A model generated the notes under the pieces. It was not told the origin of the DNA. It made no database searches and saw only the letters and a list, made by a program, of their open reading frames with translations. The position numbers and the translations under genes were made by a program. A stretch of DNA of 64,000 bases, from the IMG/VR virus record IMGVR_UViG_2728369355_000004; one strand, written 5' to 3'. Below, piece by piece: positions 59,341-64,000 of this stretch (positions within the stretch are counted from its first letter, which is position 1; each line of letters begins with the position of its first letter). The stretch is from a virus. Lineage: Duplodnaviria > Caudoviricetes.

Positions 59341-59690
59341 ATCTCCGCCTCAAGTTCGGATATTTTAGCCTTCAATTGCCTTTCTTGTTCCTTCAAAGGT
59401 TTCATCTTCTGAATACATACGTGATTAGGCCATGGACTATCTGTAATAGCATATTGAGTTTTATAAATGGCCTGAAGCTTTTGTTCAGTAAGTTCTTTTT
59501 CCTTTTGAAGAGAAAGCTTTTCCTTATCCTGCTCTGTTAGCTCTAGCATCTCAATATCTACTGAATGTTGACAATTCAACCAGCGATTCATGAGTAATAC
59601 AGCGGCTATAAGTGAGTCTGCTGGTTGATCTAATGTAAACTTGATGCCTTCATCATCCACGATTGGAATAGAGTAAATCTTGCTGCTCAT
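59331..59690 (-). CDS. Hypothetical phage protein
   Basis: ORF in early operon. Confidence 0.65.
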   Translation of the reverse strand: MSSKIYSIPIVDDEGIKFTLDQPADSLIAAVLLMNRWLNCQHSVDIEMLELTEQDKEKLSLQKEKELTEQKLQAIYKTQYAITDSPWPNHVCIQKMKPLKEQERQLKAKISELEAEIWS

Positions 59691-59782
59691 TTTGACTTGT
59701 CCTTACGCCGGATGTTACGAACGATAATGGCATGCTGTAATTCATTTTCGAACCAGATACGAGCCAGTTCCGGTAGAGTCAT
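59687..59782 (-). CDS. 31-aa hypothetical peptide
   Basis: MTLPELARIWFENELQHAIIVRNIRRKDKSK*; RBS GAGGTGAAGGA; ATGA coupling to next gene. Confidence 0.55.
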   Translation of the reverse strand: MTLPELARIWFENELQHAIIVRNIRRKDKSK

Positions 59783-59795
59783 AATCCTTCACCTC

Positions 59796-60227
59796 TTAGA
59801 TATAGTCTTCTGGACGAAAGTCTTTAACGAAGTAAATGGAATCATCAAAATCAATACGCCGGATGTGACTGTACTTCGCAACTGAGAACAAAACTTTCAA
59901 CTTACTCCAAATCATGCGGCGATATTTTCCGACCGTTTCGTTAAATTTTTCATCTGTCTCCTTGTAACGATCTTTTGTGAGAGTAATGGACCTGATTCTT
60001 ACTGCATCCTGTAACTGATAGCATTCAGCATCTGTAAGCGTCACGCTATCCCGAACCTCTTGAACCATCATCTGAACTTCTTCCACTTTTTCAGTAACAT
60101 CCAAATGCATTTGCTTAATACCGTCCACAAGACCACGAATCGCCATGCCTTGAGCCTCAGTTAGTTGCATTTGCTTTTCAACTACAGACAAGAAATCTGG
60201 CTGTTGATTAGGATTAATTAGCGTCAT
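59796..60227 (-). CDS. ORF6C-like phage regulatory protein
   Basis: IWSKLK.LF.V.KY..IRR.DFD motif; overlaps the ParB-like gene end. Confidence 0.65.
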   Translation of the reverse strand: MTLINPNQQPDFLSVVEKQMQLTEAQGMAIRGLVDGIKQMHLDVTEKVEEVQMMVQEVRDSVTLTDAECYQLQDAVRIRSITLTKDRYKETDEKFNETVGKYRRMIWSKLKVLFSVAKYSHIRRIDFDDSIYFVKDFRPEDYI

Positions 60228-61345
60228 TTTTCTACCACCTTTCTGCTGTTTACAGCTGGACGAATCTGTTCGATAAAGGCTTCCAACATGTCCAAACTTT
60301 CAGACAACCGTTTCTTTTCAGAGCTACTTGCACTGCCTATTGCACCCAACATGAATGAAGTAATTCCAACCTTTTGCAGAAACTGTTTCACATGGATACT
60401 CACTTGGATCGTATTACTGTCCGCTTCAAAGCGAAGCTTCTTCATTTGAGCAGCAGCCTCCTGTTCGTTGAAGTCGTCTGGCTGCTGGAGTTTGATAGTC
60501 TCAAGTTCTTCTTTAGCTCTTTGGTAGCCACTCTTCAATTGTTCAACCTTTAAACGTTCTTTTTCCAAATCATCATTGAGCTTGTTTTTCCAATATTCAT
60601 CGCGTTGCTTGAGCTGCGCCTCTGCCTCTTTTTCTTTTTGACGAATGAAAATGCCTGTTTCTTCCTCATGACGCTCTACAGCCGCAGATACGGCATCCTC
60701 AAGTTGATCCGCAGGAATGGCATCCTTGTACTGTCTTTGCAGCTCAAGCTTGTCAAGTTCTGCTTGCTCCGCTCTCTCTTCGGCTTCACGGACAGCGGCC
60801 TCCAATCGGTTTTTTGTCTCCACGAACGCTTTATGAGTGCTAATCAATCCTTCATCAAGCTGCTGGATAATCTCCGGTGTGGCATTCTCAGCGATGAACT
60901 TCGCCTTATCGTACTGTCTACCAGAGCCGAACCCTGCTTGATCCGCTACAATGTCTCGTACTTGCCCGGTAGGTTGGTCAGGAAAATTTTCCGTACCTCC
61001 AGCCATGCGCTCTTTGGCTTTCAAACGTTCGGCCTCTTCAAGTCGCCGCGCCCATTCTACTCGTTCAGAAAAAGTGAACTCTTTACGATGTTCATTTTCA
61101 GAAATCTCAAGCTGAAGCTGATGTTCAAAGTCTTTGATTTCCATAATTCTTACTGTCACTTCTGAGCGTCCAAGGAACTGATGCGCTCTCAAACGCCGCT
61201 CTCCGGCAATAAGCTGATAATCCGGTGTTACTACAATAGGGTTAATGAGTCCGTTTTGTTCTATATCTCGGGCCAGTTCTTCAATTCCACCAAAATCTTT
61301 GCGGATACGATCACTGACCTTGATTTTGTTAATGTCAACTTGCAA
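60224..61345 (-). CDS. ParB-like protein (ParB N-terminal domain, HTH, coiled coil)
   Basis: GLINPI, LIAGERRLRA, EISENEHRK, HTH VRDIVADQAGFGSGRQYDKA. Confidence 0.88.
   Translation of the reverse strand: MQVDINKIKVSDRIRKDFGGIEELARDIEQNGLINPIVVTPDYQLIAGERRLRAHQFLGRSEVTVRIMEIKDFEHQLQLEISENEHRKEFTFSERVEWARRLEEAERLKAKERMAGGTENFPDQPTGQVRDIVADQAGFGSGRQYDKAKFIAENATPEIIQQLDEGLISTHKAFVETKNRLEAAVREAEERAEQAELDKLELQRQYKDAIPADQLEDAVSAAVERHEEETGIFIRQKEKEAEAQLKQRDEYWKNKLNDDLEKERLKVEQLKSGYQRAKEELETIKLQQPDDFNEQEAAAQMKKLRFEADSNTIQVSIHVKQFLQKVGITSFMLGAIGSASSSEKKRLSESLDMLEAFIEQIRPAVNSRKVVEK
60978..60995. repeat. Dispersed palindrome copy 6 (inside ParB-like gene)
   Basis: TCAGGAAAATTTTCCGTA, encoding TENFPD just before the HTH. 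Confidence 0.75.
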
Positions 61346-61596
61346 GTTGATTCTCCTTTCTTTACATCCCCTCTGTGATAAAATGTAAGTTGTTGTAGCT
61401 TATCAAATCATCAAAGGAAAGAGGTGCTATTTTGTATAGATATTCTCGCTAGTTGTTGATGGAGTAGAACGTGCTTACATTCTTTATATCATTCAGTCGG
61501 TTATCCAGTTGTCATATATTGGGTATAGTCATACTATTTCTTCTTTCTTGAGTGTTTTGATTCAACTAAGTAATCGAGAGTCGGCAGCGGTAGTCG

Positions 61597-61869
61597 TCAT
61601 TTAGGCTGATCTAGCAGCCATTGCTCCAAAAACTTCCGAGTCTCCCTCGCAGGGAAGTACCATTTGCTGCTCACTTTTCGCTTTGGAAAATCGGGATGAA
61701 AAAAAAATTGCTCTTGTATGAAATTCCAACTCATACATGTGCGACGCTTTAATTCAGCCGCATCCCAAAATACGTACTCTACATCAGCTTCTTTTAAGAC
61801 CTCCGCTATCTTCGATTTGACCAGTTGAAAGGCTTCTTTTTCGTCAATGCTGACTGACAACATGTTCAT
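61597..61869 (-). CDS. Excisionase-like/DNA-binding protein
   Basis: FWD..ELKRRTCMSW..FF..FP....KWYFP. Confidence 0.65.
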   Translation of the reverse strand: MNMLSVSIDEKEAFQLVKSKIAEVLKEADVEYVFWDAAELKRRTCMSWNFIQEQFFFHPDFPKRKVSSKWYFPARETRKFLEQWLLDQPK

Positions 61870-61875
61870 CCCTCC

Positions 61876-62088
61876 TTAACTGTTGCTTTCTGTTAATTTT
61901 TTGGGAACCAGCTTGATCTCCAGCCCCAAAGCATCGCAAGCTTTTCTAAGCGTGGTTTCGTTCCACCGACGACTTCCATTTAGCAAATTGTGCATGTACT
62001 GCGGGGAACATCCAACTAAATGAGCTAAATCAGAAGGATTTAATCCTTTTTCATTTATAAGTGGCCTCATTTGTTCAGAAACCTTCAT
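61876..62088 (-). CDS. Cro-like HTH protein
   Basis: HTH, divergent from the repressor. Confidence 0.8.
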   Translation of the reverse strand: MKVSEQMRPLINEKGLNPSDLAHLVGCSPQYMHNLLNGSRRWNETTLRKACDALGLEIKLVPKKLTESNS

Positions 62089-62111
62089 TTCATCACCTCC
62101 GTTGAATCAAT

Positions 62112-62275
62112 ATTAATCTATTTGATTAATTAAATCAAACGAAAAATTAATCAAATAGATTCAAATTGAAGCATTTTAGATTATTAATCATATAGATTAA
62201 TATAAATGCTCTTTTTTTCGCCTATTTGCTTCTTTTTAATCTATTTGCTGTTTGTATTTTAATCTATTTGTTGAT
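62112..62275. promoter_or_regulatory. cI/cro operator array
   Basis: TTAATCTATTTG or its reverse complement near 62112, 62146, 62183, 62236 and 62259. Confidence 0.75.
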
Positions 62276-62318
62276 ATCATTAATTCATCAATTAGTTTAA
62301 AAGGAGCGGTCACAGGAC

Positions 62319-62702
62319 ATGTCTAGTTATCCTAACCGGATAAGAGAGATTAGAAAATCAAAAAAGAAATCAGGAGTACAAGTAGCGGAATTTTTAGGAA
62401 TTACCCCTCAATTTCTATACAACATTGAAAAAGGAAGCCGAACCTTAAATACTGAGGTGGCTTCAAAATTAGCCGAGTATTTTGATGTAACTGTAGATTA
62501 CCTCCTTGGCCGTACAGAAGCCGATGATCTCCAGTACCCAGAGTGGGCCACATCAAAGGACATTCGAGATTTTAAAACAATACTTGAAGAAGATGTGCCG
62601 GTAATGTTCGACGGCGTACTAATCTCAGAAGATGACAAAGAAAAAATTAAACGGGTCATGGAAGCTATGTTCTGGGATGCTAAAAAGAACAAAAAAGATT
62701 AG
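62319..62702 (+). CDS. CI/ImmR-like prophage repressor
   Basis: XRE HTH, YFDVTVDYLLGR; no S24 peptidase domain. Confidence 0.88.
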   Translation: MSSYPNRIREIRKSKKKSGVQVAEFLGITPQFLYNIEKGSRTLNTEVASKLAEYFDVTVDYLLGRTEADDLQYPEWATSKDIRDFKTILEEDVPVMFDGVLISEDDKEKIKRVMEAMFWDAKKNKKD

Positions 62703-62783
62703 TTGTATTTGAATAAAATAGCTTCTTTAAATATTCACTTTGCGCTTTCACCGCTGCGAGGCGGTTTAACATACACAAAAAAC

Positions 62784-62797
62784 GGAACGCATGTTCC
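62784..62797. promoter_or_regulatory. Putative LexA (Cheo) box upstream of integrase
   Basis: GGAACGCATGTTCC matches GAAC-N4-GTTC. Confidence 0.55.
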
Positions 62798-62812
62798 ATT
62801 GGAGGAATAAAT

Positions 62813-64000
62813 ATGGCAAACTTTAAAAGATTAAAGAGTGGATGGCGGTATCGGTTAAAGTACACCGATCCGTTTACACAGCAGCAAAAGGAGAAATCAG
62901 AACGGGGGTTCCGTACAAAACCGGAAGCAGAGTTAGCTGCAGCAGAATTTTTAAAGAAAATAAAACAAGGCTACGAACAGATTGATATGCCTCTCGTTGA
63001 TTATATAGAAAGTTGGATCATTAACTATAAAAAAGGAGATGTTAGAAAAAACACACTTAAACAACATATGAATAATCTAAAAACACACATCAAGCCTTAT
63101 TTTAAACAATTAATGATAAAAGATTTAAAACCAGATATGTACCAAAAATTTTTAGATGCTTGTTTAGAAAAAAACTTAAGCCGAAGAACAGTCGAAATAA
63201 TTAACTCAACAGTTTACAGTGCTTTAGAACTCGCAGTAATTCAAGGAAAGTTAGAACGTAATCCATGCATAGGATCAATTATTAAGGGAGAGAGGAAACA
63301 AAAAACTATTGATTTCATTGATTCTGAGGATATTCCTCGTTTTCTTTATACAGCAAGAGGATATGGTTATATCTACTGGATATTTTTCAAGTTACTGTTG
63401 GAGACTGGCATGCGTAAGGGTGAAGCCGCTGCTTTAAAGTGGTCTGATATTAATTTTAAGGAGAAAAAAATTCACATTAATGAAACTTTGGATTTTCAAC
63501 CTGATAACGAGGACGAGCTATTCGGGGAAACAAAAACCTTTAGATCAAAACGAACAATCAGTGTAAGTACATCTCTAATCAACGATTTGAAATATCATGC
63601 TAGTTGGCAGAATCAGAATAAAATTAATCTTGGAGAAACAATGTACCGACATGATTTAAATCTCGTTCTATGCCGGAATGACGGGCGTCCTATGCCGAAG
63701 TCAACACTATTTAACGCATTTAAGCGTATCTTGAAACGTGCTAGTCTCGATGAGGTTTTACGTATCCATTCTCTTCGTCACACCTACGCAGTGCTCATGC
63801 TTGAAGCTGGAGCCGATATAAAGTTTGTCCAGGAACAGCTTGGTCATGGTAGTGTGCAGATTACATCTGATGTATACGCACACATTTCTAAAAAGTTAGA
63901 GAAACGTAACATAGATAGATATGAGGAATATACAAGCAAAATTCTCGGCTCAAACAATTTGAAGTTGGGGGACGTTTGGGGGACACCCCAGAAGAATTGA
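62813..64000 (+). CDS. int: Tyrosine integrase
   Basis: Arm-binding N-terminus; TGMRKGE, HSLRHTYA, QLGH..IT..VYAH. Confidence 0.96.
   Translation: MANFKRLKSGWRYRLKYTDPFTQQQKEKSERGFRTKPEAELAAAEFLKKIKQGYEQIDMPLVDYIESWIINYKKGDVRKNTLKQHMNNLKTHIKPYFKQLMIKDLKPDMYQKFLDACLEKNLSRRTVEIINSTVYSALELAVIQGKLERNPCIGSIIKGERKQKTIDFIDSEDIPRFLYTARGYGYIYWIFFKLLLETGMRKGEAAALKWSDINFKEKKIHINETLDFQPDNEDELFGETKTFRSKRTISVSTSLINDLKYHASWQNQNKINLGETMYRHDLNLVLCRNDGRPMPKSTLFNAFKRILKRASLDEVLRIHSLRHTYAVLMLEAGADIKFVQEQLGHGSVQITSDVYAHISKKLEKRNIDRYEEYTSKILGSNNLKLGDVWGTPQKN

Larger units (their letters stand above)
1..64000 (-). mobile_element. Temperate siphovirus prophage; left boundary not resolved
   Basis: Canonical order int-cI-cro-replication-terS-terL-portal-capsid-tail-TMP-Dit-Tal-holin-endolysin-morons. 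The core spans about 8.7-64 kb; assigning 1-8.6 kb to the prophage is inference. Confidence 0.93.

Noticed and set aside
61410-61590. Plus-strand moron after a strong RBS
   Set aside because: The frame closes after six codons; at most a decayed gene.
63965-63990. att core at TTGGGGGACGTTTGGGGGACAC
   Set aside because: Plausibly part of the att region, but no second copy was seen in the window, so the boundary cannot be called.

Overview
Almost the whole window is a temperate siphovirus prophage of a Bacillales host; protein style suggests Paenibacillus, which is an inference. It is read mostly on the minus strand: integrase and cI/cro switch at the right end (61.6-64 kb), early/replication genes (48-61 kb; ParB-like protein, O-like initiator with iterons, DnaI-like loader, DnaN clamp, methylase), terS/terL, portal-head-tail module (16-35 kb), lysis genes (8.7-10.3 kb) and an accessory region to the left (RRNPP receptor plus unannotated propeptide, NucA/NucB nuclease, Hcp-like fusion, small cassettes). 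Morons include a tyrosinase, an SLH protein, Mrr-like and PD-(D/E)XK nucleases, an ATP-grasp enzyme and an AAA ATPase. The main unexplained non-coding structures are: (1) an 18-bp palindrome, TCAGGAAANNTTTCCTGA, seen six times, mostly 8-9 kb apart, including once inside the ParB-like gene; (2) a tight array of different palindromes at 13.07-13.42 kb resembling the variable in-gene palindromes of phage regulatory proteins; (3) a MITE-like carrier with inverted ends and internal recombinase-like sites wrapping two unrelated genes; (4) two paralogous small proteins each followed by structured or tRNA-like RNA; (5) an FtsK-gamma domain inside TerS. Product calls come from motif recognition by eye, not database searches. 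Start codons were adjusted where a ribosome-binding site supported a shorter ORF.
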